DNA of 63,986 bases, counting the filler, from Reticulomyxa filosa (taxonomy: Eukaryota; Protista; Foraminifera): the NCBI GenBank assembly GCA_000512085.1. It is 22 parts of 22 records of this genome, joined end to end, with 100 filler letters (N's around TTAATTAATTAA, not from the genome) between each part and the next. Parts side by side here need not be neighbours in the genome. Positions count along the whole stretch, not along the records: positions 50,109 to 51,555 come from ASPP01004002.1; positions 51,656 to 55,146 come from ASPP01025629.1; positions 55,247 to 58,857 come from ASPP01008634.1; positions 58,958 to 60,969 come from ASPP01004846.1; positions 61,070 to 62,445 come from ASPP01000496.1; 17 more parts are not named here. One strand, 5' to 3'. The notes under the pieces are model-generated. The model was not told the DNA's origin and ran no database searches. It saw only the letters and a program-made list of their open reading frames with translations. Positions 50,990 to 62,445 of the stretch are shown here, piece by piece. Each line of letters opens with the position of its first letter. Position 1 is the stretch's first letter. The position numbers and the translations under genes are program-made.

Positions 50990-51200
50990 CAGATTTCTTT
51001 TAATGTATTATTATCATTTTTTGATCTCTTTTGCATCGACAAAACAAAACAAAAAAAAGAGTATTGTCTTGCATGTTTCATTCGCTTGACGCGTGTACAG
51101 CCTGTCTGAGAGTTTTTTAAAAGCGCTTAGGGCGTACCCTGATAGTTTTTTAAAACCCCTATTTTGAAGAGGTGATCAAGACACAAAAGATAACTCTTTT

Positions 51201-51494
51201 ATGGAAATGCAAGGTGCCAACTTTGATTTGAAAAAGATTGAGATCTGGAAGATGAAACTGTATGGTGGAATGCAGAATGAGCCGAAAGAAGCAGAAACAA
51301 AGGAGACAACAAACGATTCACAAAGCAGTAATGACAAACGATATGAAAGAGAGCTGAAAGTATTAATGTTGCTTTGCAACAACGTGATGACCAAAGAGCA
51401 ATTGAAACAAAAGTTGGAAGAAAAAGACGGACACGTCTCATCAATTATCGAAGACATTGTTTCCAAACTTTTACAGCAACCGGTATTCATTTAA
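51201..51494 (+). CDS. Short helical (UBA/CUE-like) domain fragment
   Basis: YERELKVLMLLCNNVMTKEQLKQKLEEKDGHVSSIIEDIV three-helix pattern; probably an exon of a larger or decayed gene. Confidence 0.35.
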   Translation: MEMQGANFDLKKIEIWKMKLYGGMQNEPKEAETKETTNDSQSSNDKRYERELKVLMLLCNNVMTKEQLKQKLEEKDGHVSSIIEDIVSKLLQQPVFI

Positions 51495-51697
51495 CATACT
51501 TTCAACATAATTTTTTTTTTTACGTATACACATACACATTGAATGCTGCAAAAAANNNNNNNNNNNNNNNNNNNNNNNNNNNNNNNNNNNNNNNNNNNNT
51601 TAATTAATTAANNNNNNNNNNNNNNNNNNNNNNNNNNNNNNNNNNNNNNNNNNNNAAAAAAAAAAATCTTGCCGGTGTGAAAGAAGAGGCTTGAGCA

Positions 51698-54600
51698 ATG
51701 GTAACATTACAACCAACAACTTGCACAAACTCTAAATGGAAGTCTGTAAACCGCCTCAACAAACACATACAATGTATGAATTATAGGGAATACCAAAATT
51801 TTACAGATGGCTGTCAGAGCGATATCCATTAATAAATCAAAAGATTGAAGGAACAGTTTGTCCAGAATTCGGTAAAAATTGAAACACAAACAGCGAAGCA
51901 AGCAATAACAAAACTTGAATTTTTTCTAAATCTGAGTTAGTTGTTTTTGTGAAATATACAAACAATGTGTGCATGAATGGGGGTGGGGGGTGGGGTGGGA
52001 ACACGAGTTATAGACTGTTTGTATTTGGATATGAATGGAATTTTCCACAATTGTAGTCACGGACTAAACATAACACACGAACTGGGACAAACAGAGATGT
52101 TTTCAAACATTTTCAAATATATTGCCCATTTGGTAATGTTAATAAAACCGAAAAAAGTGTTGTATTTAGCTGTCGACGGAGTTGCGCCAAGGGCAAAACA
52201 AAATCAGCAACGAAAGCGTCGATTCGTCTCCGTTCGAGATCGAGCTGAGTTTGCAGTTAAGCAAAAATAAATGAATAAGTGTATATATATATAAATAAAT
52301 AAAAAATAAAAATAGGAAAAGAATAAACGAGAAGGTCGTGTATCAGCGGATACATTTGATTCGAATCAAATAACTCCAGGAACGGCGTTTATGGAGGCAT
52401 TGAACAAAGAGTTGCGTCTTTTTATTGCGAAGGAGATCGCGGAGAATGGACTGTGGAGAAATTTGACAGTGCTGTACAGCGACCATCTGACTCCAGGAGA
52501 GGGAGAGCACAAAATCATGTCGTACATCCGACACATGAAAATGCAGTCCGCAGATCTGTACGACAGCAATACCAGACATTGCTTGTACGGCTTGGACGCA
52601 GATCTCGTTATGCTGTCTTTGATCAGCCACGAGTATCACTTTGCGCTATTGCGAGAAGAGGTCATCTTTGCTATACAAGAGCAAGAGCGGCATGCCAAAG
52701 TGGTTGAAAAACAACTCGTGCGAAAAGACGATTTCCAGTTACTTCACATCAGTGTGTTACGAAACTACTTGGAAATGGATTTGTCTCAAGCTTTAATGCA
52801 AAATAATGATGAAGATGAAAATGGTGAAGATGAAAATGAAAATGAAGAAGATGATGACAATGACGATAATAATAATAATAATGATAATAATAATAATGAT
52901 AATAATAATGATAATAATAATGATAATAATAATGATAATAATAATAATGACGCAAGCAACAGAAAAACACACAAAAAAAAAATATATCGTGAAAAAACAA
53001 AAGTCAATTGATATCGAACGAATTGTGGACGATTTTGTCTTTTTGTGTGCTTTGGCTGGAAATGACTTCATTCCGTGCATCCCCACTATCAATATTGCCT
53101 CTGGAGGGTTAGAATTTTTGTTTTCGGTTTACAAAAACATATTTCCTCGTCTTCCAGGTATATACATATATATATACATATATATATATATGTATGTATA
53201 TATGTATTGTGGAGATGCTTTTTTAAACGAAAAGAAAAATACATGTTTGTCAATATGTTTGCAAATAGACTATCTAACGCACAGTGGCAAGTTAATGATA
53301 AAAAGTGTGATACTTTTCTTTCAAGAATTGGCCAAGTCCGAAAATGAACAATTGACAGAACAATTAAACAAACTCAAAAAACATTGGAAACATCCTTTTC
53401 ATCCAATTGTCGATCCAAACATTCGAAAGCCCACTCCACAACAACTCCAAGCTGAATTGAAACTGCTCACTGGTTCGTTTTGTGATAACAATGCATAAAT
53501 GCATATATACACATATATGTATGTATATGTTATACATATGTACATATTAACAAATGACACGATTTGTGTGACAGAAAAAAAGAAGACGCGACAGAAAACG
53601 AAACCAACTTTAAAGATTATTATTACAAACAACGCTGGCCTCTCGACGAAGTGAACACGGCGGAAGATCGCGTGAAGATTTGCAGAGACTATTTGACGGG
53701 TATTCAATGGGTGTTGGATTACTACTACCAAGGAGTGCCTTCGTGGGGGTGGTATTATCCTCATCACTACGCTCCGCTGATCAGTGACATGGCGCTTGTG
53801 GGTGAACACTTCCATTGCCAGTTTTCTCTTGGAGAGCCCTATCTGCCCTTTGAGCAGCTCTTAGCTGTCTTGCCCATTGCATCCTCGTATGTGCTGCCCG
53901 CGTCCTTTCAATCGCTTATGACCCATCCCGAATCACTCATCTCCGACATGTATCCCGTGGACTTTACGGTTAATATGGATTATGCGACCAATCCGTGGGA
54001 GGGAGTTGTGCTATTGCCTTACATTGATGAACAAAAATTAAAGAAGGCCGTTGCCACTGTTGATCCCAATCTTTTAACCGTTAATAACTTACGTATATAC
54101 ATATGCATATACACATACATATGTATATGTATATATATGTATATATGTTGGTAATACGACAATAGCCAGGACCAATGTGAGACACAAACAAATAAAAAGG
54201 AAGAAGAAAAATTAAGAAATGGACGTGGGTGCACTTACATGTATCGATACGATCCTGAAAAAGCAAAGGCCAAGATCAAGACAAGGATAAAAGGTCCGCG
54301 GTCCTTTGGCTCGATTATCGACGTGGTGTCCGTGTCTACCTTCGTCGAACCCCCTATCCAAGTCAATCAAGGCAAATTCTTGCCCAAGCCATGTCGAGGC
54401 AGCGCCACTCCCATTCCGGGCTTTCCGCAATTACATATTCTAGATTGTACCGCCCAACTTCAAAAGGTATTTATATAATAACATATATATATACATATAT
54501 ATATGTATATGCATATATATGTATATGTATGACATACGTATACATACATACACATAAATTTTAAAAAAAAAACCAGATTGGATGCCAAATATTTGGGACG

Positions 54601-55105
54601 AAATCAAAGTTCGAAACACTGGTATTAGCAGTAGAAAACGAGCTGGAAAAATTGAATGACGATGAAAACCATAAAGACTTGGAGAAGAAAACACAGAACT
54701 TTCTAACGCAAAACGAGACGTGTTTTGTGGATTGGCCGTATTTGCGAGAGGCGCAAGTAATCGGAGCGGAAACGCTGCGACGTCAATTTTGGTACGACGA
54801 GCAAAAAGGTGCGATCGATACGAAGGAAACATCTTCGCAGCAGTACAATTTATTCCTAGAGGAAGCTGCGCAGCTGCGACAAAAGTATCTCAATACATAT
54901 GGCCTGGACGTGGGCGCCATTCATGTCATCATTCACGTGAGGCCACTGCATGCTCTGTCGCGTCCTCATCCTCGCTCTCGCACACAATCGAAGAAGCAGC
55001 CTTTGCCTTTCAAAGTTTGGCGTCACACCAAAGTCCATGTTCCTTTGCAGCTCATCGTCAATGCTCATGACAAAAACGTAATCTTTGATAGCCGATTTGA
55101 ACTAA

Positions 55106-55146
<41 letters not shown>
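51698..55146 (+). CDS. XRN1: 5'-3' exoribonuclease 1 (3'-partial)
   Basis: M|GIPKFYRWLSERYP, DCLYLDMNGIFH, DGVAPRAKQNQQR.RRF, FDSNQITPGT, PGEGEHKI, YGLDADL, GNDFIP, YYYQGVPSWGWYYPHHYAP and XRN1-type VDWPYLREA. Introns include 51701-51786, 51872-52013, 52256-52315, 53158-53268 and 54080-54199. Confidence 0.96.
52801..52950 (+). repeat. Coding AAT/GAT trinucleotide tract (Asp/Glu/Asn insert in XRN1)
   Basis: (AAT)n interrupted by GAT; encodes DDNDDNNNNNDNNNND... Confidence 0.9.
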
Positions 55147-55246
55147 NNNNNNNNNNNNNNNNNNNNNNNNNNNNNNNNNNNNNNNNNNNNTTAATTAATT
55201 AANNNNNNNNNNNNNNNNNNNNNNNNNNNNNNNNNNNNNNNNNNNN

Positions 55247-58200
55247 TTTTTTTTTTTTTTTTTGTGTCATATGGGACAAAAAGGGTCTTATTGATGGTTA
55301 TAACAATCCAAATTATTTGGATGCGAAAATGTCAGATTACAATATCAGATACCGTGAGGTAGGCTGGCGTTCCTTTTGTCTCGGCTTGCTGGATACAGTG
55401 ACGTTGTGTTGTACATTGTTGGCAGTGGCGATAATGCCGACTCGCATTGTCGCGTTGTTGCGAAGTGTGGCAGTGCATTGGAACCAATATAAACACGACG
55501 ACTACGCCAAACTGCGAGTTGCGTTTTTGTTCAATTTGGTCTTTGCACTGCTCGAGTGGGTCGCCATACTCCACGGCCTGGTCTTGCTCCTCATGGTTAG
55601 TCGCTACTTCCATGTGTTCAAAGAACTCGCGAAACGAGAAACATACTACAATGACTTTGCAGACGACTTGCAATATAACTTGGAAATAAGGAGAATCATC
55701 ATTGCCAATGTCTATCCTGGTGCACTTGATTGGCTCGTCTTTTTATGTGCGTTACTGGGTTGTATATTGTGTCCATTTACGAGGTATGTTTTTTTTTTTT
55801 TAAAAAAAAAAAAAAACATACAACAACAACATTATAAAATACTTATTTATATCCTTCTACGTATACATACTATACGTGCATATACATATATGTACACATT
55901 ATATGTATATATTATATGCATGCAATAAAGGGTGATACCACTAGCTCGATCATTTGCGGCATTTAAGGAAAGATACAAAACAGACAGTTACGGTCTTTGG
56001 CGACTGCGATGCTTTTCAAGCCTGCTGTTGGCAGTGGTGGATCTCGTGACACTCGTGTGCGGTATCGCGGTAATGGTGTCGTTGATACGAACAGTGCCGT
56101 TGCTCGCGGATATGCAAAAAGCCTTGCGTGACTCGAACGGCGACTTTGGAAACTTGGACTCGAGCCCGAATTGGAAATTGCGACTTGCAGTGTATAGACA
56201 TGGCGGGTTTTTGCTGATCGATTTTATCTTCCTTCCCATGTTCTTGGTGTGTCTGTGCTTTATCTATCGTGGCATCAAAGTGGTGTGTCTGATAGTCGAC
56301 ACAAACGACTGGGACGAACAACGCATGAATCTGATCCGCAAAACCATTTTCTTCGAGTTTGTCAATTTGCTCATCGACATCGCCGTTTACTTTTGGATGT
56401 TTGCCATCGTCTTTGCTGTCGGGCATCGTTTCGGCCCGTGGATGATCCAAGCCCTATATAGTTGGAAGGTGTTCTTCCACAATCGCAAATTTGAAAATCA
56501 AAGGCAGCATGTCGCTACTGATGTGTCAAGTCAACCACAGAGTATTGATAATAATAATAATAATAATAATCAAAGTGTTAACAATGCAGCTCCAATGGGA
56601 AGACTAGCAGAGCCCGAAATGTCAGTGCGCGACCACCTGTTGTATAACTTCATCATAACGTCGATCGACATATTATTGTTGCTTCCGAGCTTGTTGATTC
56701 TCGTGCTTACTTGCTATCGTCTCAAACGCTTGAGCTCCATTTGGTGTGATCGCTCGCGCGTGCGACTTGGGGGAACGTTGAAAACGGGAGAGGATTTCTA
56801 CGACTTTGACCTAATTAGTCGGGGCAAAACCATACAGCAAGCATGGAACGTGTTGTTGGATTTGCCCTGCTGCTGTGTTGCTATCGTTGTCTACGTCACC
56901 GTTTGGAGGGCGTTCACCTTGCATAAACTATTGGGCCAATCCACCAGTGCTAAAGTATATGTGTATATATGTATATAGCATTTGTTGGAATATCAACAAA
57001 CTTTTTTTATACGTATTTTAAATAAAACCATGTCTTTGGATTGTAGGAAAGAAGAGAGGCAACATGGATACAATTTTTTTTATTAATACGCGACATTCTA
57101 TTTTTAATTCCATTTGTGGTGATCGTAGTGACGCTATTTCGTTTGCCGATGCTAATGCTAGGTCTAATGAGCAAAAGAAAGAAGCCACAATTGACCAGAG
57201 GCAAGCTAAATGTGACGTCGTGTGAACTAGTGTTCCCTGTGAAAGGGAGGCCCTTTTTGCGAATACAGGCCATCAAACCGAACCCCTTCCAATTGCCCAG
57301 GGGCAGCAAATGCAGTGTGTTCATTCTGGGATCCGGCTTCTGGGACAATGTCGCAGACACCTTTGGCGGGTCCGTCGCCACCGTGGGACAAGGCTTGCTT
57401 CCCAACGTCATGGCTGATAAGCGAGGCATTGACTACGACCGAATTAACGGTGACGTAGAGCGTGGCAATAATATTGAATTCCAAGTGGAATTCCAAACAC
57501 CACCAGATCTCGCCAGAGCTACTGTTCACGAAAACGTTTGTTTTTATAATAACGGTGTACATATACATATATATGCACATATATAATTGTATACGTATAA
57601 ATTATAGCTGAGTTTTTTTTATTAAAAAAAAAAACACACACACAAAAATGCTGACTCAGCAAATAAAACTTTTTTTTTTTTTTGGGAATATATTTATAAA
57701 AAAAAAAAAAAGTTGGTGAAACTTCTCTCGGACGTATCTTTATGTTTGCAAGTAGAGAACGATCAAATGGGTGTGTTGTTTGTACTGGTATTGAAAATCC
57801 AAAATCTGCTTGACGCCGTAAGAAATGAAAACGGGACGGTCCAGTTGACCACTGAACACTTCAACCCGGATGAAAATGCGCTGAATCAAGTGCGAGGTAC
57901 CGAGTATCCAGGAGTGGTCGACTGTTTTTATATTTTGGTTGGAATGGAGTTTATCAAATGGTGCATTGACGTAGTTCACGTATTTTTGTTCTTCACGCTG
58001 CTCGTGTTGCCATGGAGATGGGTGCAGTGTTGCATTGTATTGTCCCAACATCCAAAGCAATGGTATGTTCTTGTGTACGAGATAACGACAAAGAGGAGGA
58101 TAGAAAAGAAGCAAAAAAAAAAATAAAAAATAAAAAAATAAAAATATATATATATATGTATACGTACATACGTATAAATTGAACATGCACGGTGTACATC

Positions 58201-58857
58201 GCAAGGTTTTCTCGAATAAACGAACAATGCGTTGGGATGATGGAACATGCACACTCTGTGTTCCTGCGATTGTACGACCTTTTATTTGAGCCGGTTTGAA
58301 TGACGTGGTGAAGCAAATTGAACTGGGTTATTACAACAATGAAAACACAGAGGGGCAATATTGGTATAAGCTGAAAGATCCCCAGGTCATATCAAAATGT
58401 TGCCTCGAAATGCAAAAGGGTCTGCACGAGTTTGAGCAAGACTTGTTCAATGAAGACATAAGCAAGCTGCTGAGCGAAAGGGACTACCAGTTTGGAATGG
58501 AACTGGGTCTGGATTGCTATGACACGGCCGTGAAGAACACGCGCGCAATGTTATCCGCTATTACCACCGAAGTGCCCGCGACGGCAAAGTTGATGGACGA
58601 CTTTTATCAAACGCAAGTGGTTCTGTTTTGGCTCAAATGTCTGCGTGGCAACTCAAGCATCGCGCTTTTGGAAAATCGCATCGCCTGGGAGCCTCATGCC
58701 ATCGTCCAAGAGCAGGTGCACATGAAAGAGTTGTTTTTCCGCAAGCGCATGAACTACTTTCGCGCAGTCGTTCATGAGAGTCAGCAACAACTCACAAAGC
58801 AATGTGATGACATTTCGAAAACCAGCAAATGTATACTTTTTTTTTTTTAAAAAATTT
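55247..58857 (+). CDS. Large polytopic membrane repeat protein, unassigned (partial at both ends)
   Basis: Five ORFs of 137-348 aa separated by introns; about 10 repeats of D-(15-17 hydrophobic)-R. Confidence 0.75.
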
Positions 58858-58957
58858 NNNNNNNNNNNNNNNNNNNNNNNNNNNNNNNNNNNNNNNNNNN
58901 NTTAATTAATTAANNNNNNNNNNNNNNNNNNNNNNNNNNNNNNNNNNNNNNNNNNNN

Positions 58958-60889
58958 CGACTTGAAAATCTGCCCAACGCAGCCAAGTAATATCTTCTTT
59001 TACTTGTCCCAATGAGTATCTTCTCCTATCGACTATTGTGAGATTACAATTCACTTATAAAAACAATTTTTTTTAAAAAAAAAAAAAAAAAAAAAACAGA
59101 GTGAGTTACCTTTGTTTTCACTTGAAAAAGTAACGACTCGAACATCTTCACAACACAGATAGATTCGTATTTTGTGTGCCTCTTTTGTACCCTTTGGAAC
59201 AACCCAGTACGTATTATCTGAATGTGTTTGTTGCATCCATAGAGAGGTCGTAATTTGTTTGAATTCTGTTTGCAAATTGGTCAAATCATCTTCTTTATTT
59301 GTGTTATGATACTTTTCAATGAATAATTTGAACGACGCTATTGCATTTGATATACTAAGACTATTCGAGTCAGTCATAGATGGCAGCTCACAACTGGAGT
59401 GCTTAGGATTTTCAATAATGCGTTGTATCAAATCCCGTGGAATACCACAATTTTCATTCATGCATTCACTTATCACATAGCTTGCCATTTCCAATGTAAT
59501 CTGCGCTTGTAGCAATTGCAATTGATCCATGTTTTCATTCTTCTCATGAGAAGAATGACTATGCTCATCTCTGTATTGCTCGATGAGATCCAACACATCC
59601 ATATCTTTGTATTGATCCCAATCGATCTTTGCTGCAACGTATACAAACAACTTCGAAGCTCACACTTTTTTTAAGGAGAGAGGGAAAAAAAAAACATGCG
59701 ATATAGTCATACCTTCCAAGGGGTCCTCCAACCAATCCAAAATGTGAAATGCCGTTTCTTGTTTTTTTTTTACTTTCATTGTTTCTGGTATATTCCCTAT
59801 CGCTCGTCTAACACACAAACTCAAAGTAACTCAATATATATGTATACATACACATATACGTATACATATATGTATATGTACATATATGCTGTCAAAGAAA
59901 AAGAACAAAGAATTAAACAAAAGCGCTTGTTGAAGAATTTTGACATCAACCGCGATCCACGTATCATTATGATATCTGCAATGGAACTCCACTTTGTCTC
60001 CAACCCTCCATTTTTCTTTCTTTTGATTATCGTTCACAAGTTTCACTTTTGTTTCTTGTTGCTTTCAAAAAAAAAACAAACAAATATTGGAGTCACTCTC
60101 TCTTTCTCTCTATCAAAACGAGTATTACAATGTTTGTGTATTACAAAAATAGTACCGATTGTGTGCAATGAAGTTGAGCAAGTATAAATTGGGGGTCACT
60201 ATCTTCCATTACTTCGCTTTGATAAAGCACAGGAAATTCAATCTTGTCTACTTGTAAGATATTGTTTGATTCGAATGAAAATGTGCAAAATATTTCATCT
60301 CCATTTCTCAAACCCAATCCTTTCCATTTTTCGTCATTTATGTCGAATGTCGCAAATTTATTCTTCTTTATTTTTGTTTTGATTTTTTATTTAGTAGTTA
60401 AAATTTAAAAAAAAAACATACCATCAATCTGATTGCCGCAATGTTGTCATCCACGCTCAAAATCTTTGTGTGTTCATGTTTTCTGTATTGATGTAATATA
60501 AGTCATATTTCTTTCCTTGCTTTTGTCCAAAAAAAAAATAATAATGTGACAATACAGAAATATATTGTCATATACAATGATTGAAAAGTGCCGCACGATG
60601 GTTCTTCGTTTATTATATTTTCAATATCCAATAAATTTCTCTTTTTATTTTCACGCACTTCGTTCATCTTTTCCAATAGCTTCCTCTTTGCACTAGGCGC
60701 TAATTCCGTATGTGTAAATGCTTTTTTCCATTCTGTGGGCTCCATTCGTGCAACGTCGTCGACTTCCCCGAATTTTATCTCTCGACATAAGTAGGATGCG
60801 AGCTTTGCTGCGTAGCTGTCATGTATTTTGACTTCGTTTTTCAAGTATGTAAATATTTCCTTTTCTGTTTGATCTTGTTCTTCGGTCAT
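58958..60889 (-). CDS. Multi-exon protein with SAM-like N-terminus and two OB/cold-shock-like segments (3'-partial)
   Basis: IFTYLKNEVKIHDSYAAKL..VARMEPTEWK..LAPSAKRKLLEKM; LRNGDEIFCTF..QVDKI and WRVGDKVEFHC..IAVDVKI; 199-aa helical ORF follows. Confidence 0.5.
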
Positions 60890-61542
60890 AGATATCCAAC
60901 TAAAATTTGTTCACCTGGCTCCCATTTTGTCAAATCCAAAAACAAGCAAATTCTCTTCTCTTTTTTTTTNNNNNNNNNNNNNNNNNNNNNNNNNNNNNNN
61001 NNNNNNNNNNNNNTTAATTAATTAANNNNNNNNNNNNNNNNNNNNNNNNNNNNNNNNNNNNNNNNNNNNGCCTTCCTTTTATTTTTTGCTTTGCTTGAAA
61101 CTAAAATTGAATTAAAATTTTTTAAAAAACATGAAAGTGAGCTGGAGTATTTTATCAAGTGATAGATGTTCATTTTGAAGGAGTGATTTATAATTTAAAA
61201 CTACACAAAGTATACATATTTCAAGATTCTTAATAACTAATTTTTTTGGCTACTTTAATTTAAAAGAAAGGTACAACATCCATGTTTCTGATATTTTCAT
61301 TATTTCAAGACTCAGTCTTGGTTCATAGATAACAATATTTAACAAATCTTATTATTTTTTCATGGAAAGTCCTCGATACAATAATTCAACCTTTCATGCA
61401 TTTTAATATTTTAATTTTCATTGTTCAAATTATGTTAACTAAATAAAAAGTATCAATGTAAAATATTTTTTAAAAGGGTCGTGTTACATCCCCTTTTTCT
61501 AAAAAAAAGTAAACTAAAAAAAACTTCCTAAACCTCAACAAC

Positions 61543-62445
61543 ATGGCCAAACTAACTATAACACAAAACTCTCAAAAAACAGAAACTGAAACAAGTCAAC
61601 AGAGTAAGACACACTTTTTTAACTTTGAAGGAGTTGCCCACTCAACTTTCTCACTCTCAATGCGTGATACACAAACACGAACTCCTCATTTGTGGAAGTA
61701 ATAATCAAAGAGCTTGTTATTCTTATCATACACTCAAAGGCGAATACAAGTTGATCTGTGAGTATCCAAGTGATATTAAATTACATGGACACAATGTAGT
61801 GAAACTGGTAGATAACAACAGTAACGACAAACACAACAATCTAATGACTTTGTTGTTTTTGTATCTGATTGGAGAGGGGAAAATAAACATACATTGGTGA
61901 TGAAATATATAAGTATTTGGAGTAATGACAACAATAATGATGAAAATGAAAATAAAACGAATAAATCAAAAGAATTAAATGAATTGAATCAATTGAACAA
62001 ATCAAACAATTACAATCAATGGCTTCCTTTTACAGACAATCGCAATCATTTAATTATTATTGGAAGAGATCAAAATCATAATTTTTTTAGAGCGAAGTTA
62101 TCAAATGCTGTTGTTTGTTCAAAGACATTATTATCAATAGAATATGATGAAAATAACAATACTCTTCAATTTCATAAACTACCTGTTTGTGATGATATTA
62201 CATCATTTTCTTCATATGCATATGTTTGTATCAATGATCTCATCTTGTTCTTTGGTGGATGGAATAGTATGTATGGCGCTGAAAGATTTATTTCAAAATC
62301 GGTGCACAAGTATTCAATTCGAGAAAACAAATAGATGACATTTCAAAACACTTTACCGAATCTATTACATGATTGTATTTCAATATTGAGTGAAGAAGAC
62401 AATCATATACAGTAGGTTGCAAAGAAAACTGAACGCCTAAAACGA
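61543..62445 (+). pseudogene. Kelch-like beta-propeller family pseudogene
   Basis: LKELPTQLSHSQCVIHKHELLICG..CYSYHTLK.EYKLICEYP; YAYVCINDLILFFGGWN..SVHKYSIRENK*MTFQNTLP. TAG at 62332-62334 occupies a Trp position; frameshifts near 61620 and 61860. Confidence 0.75.
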
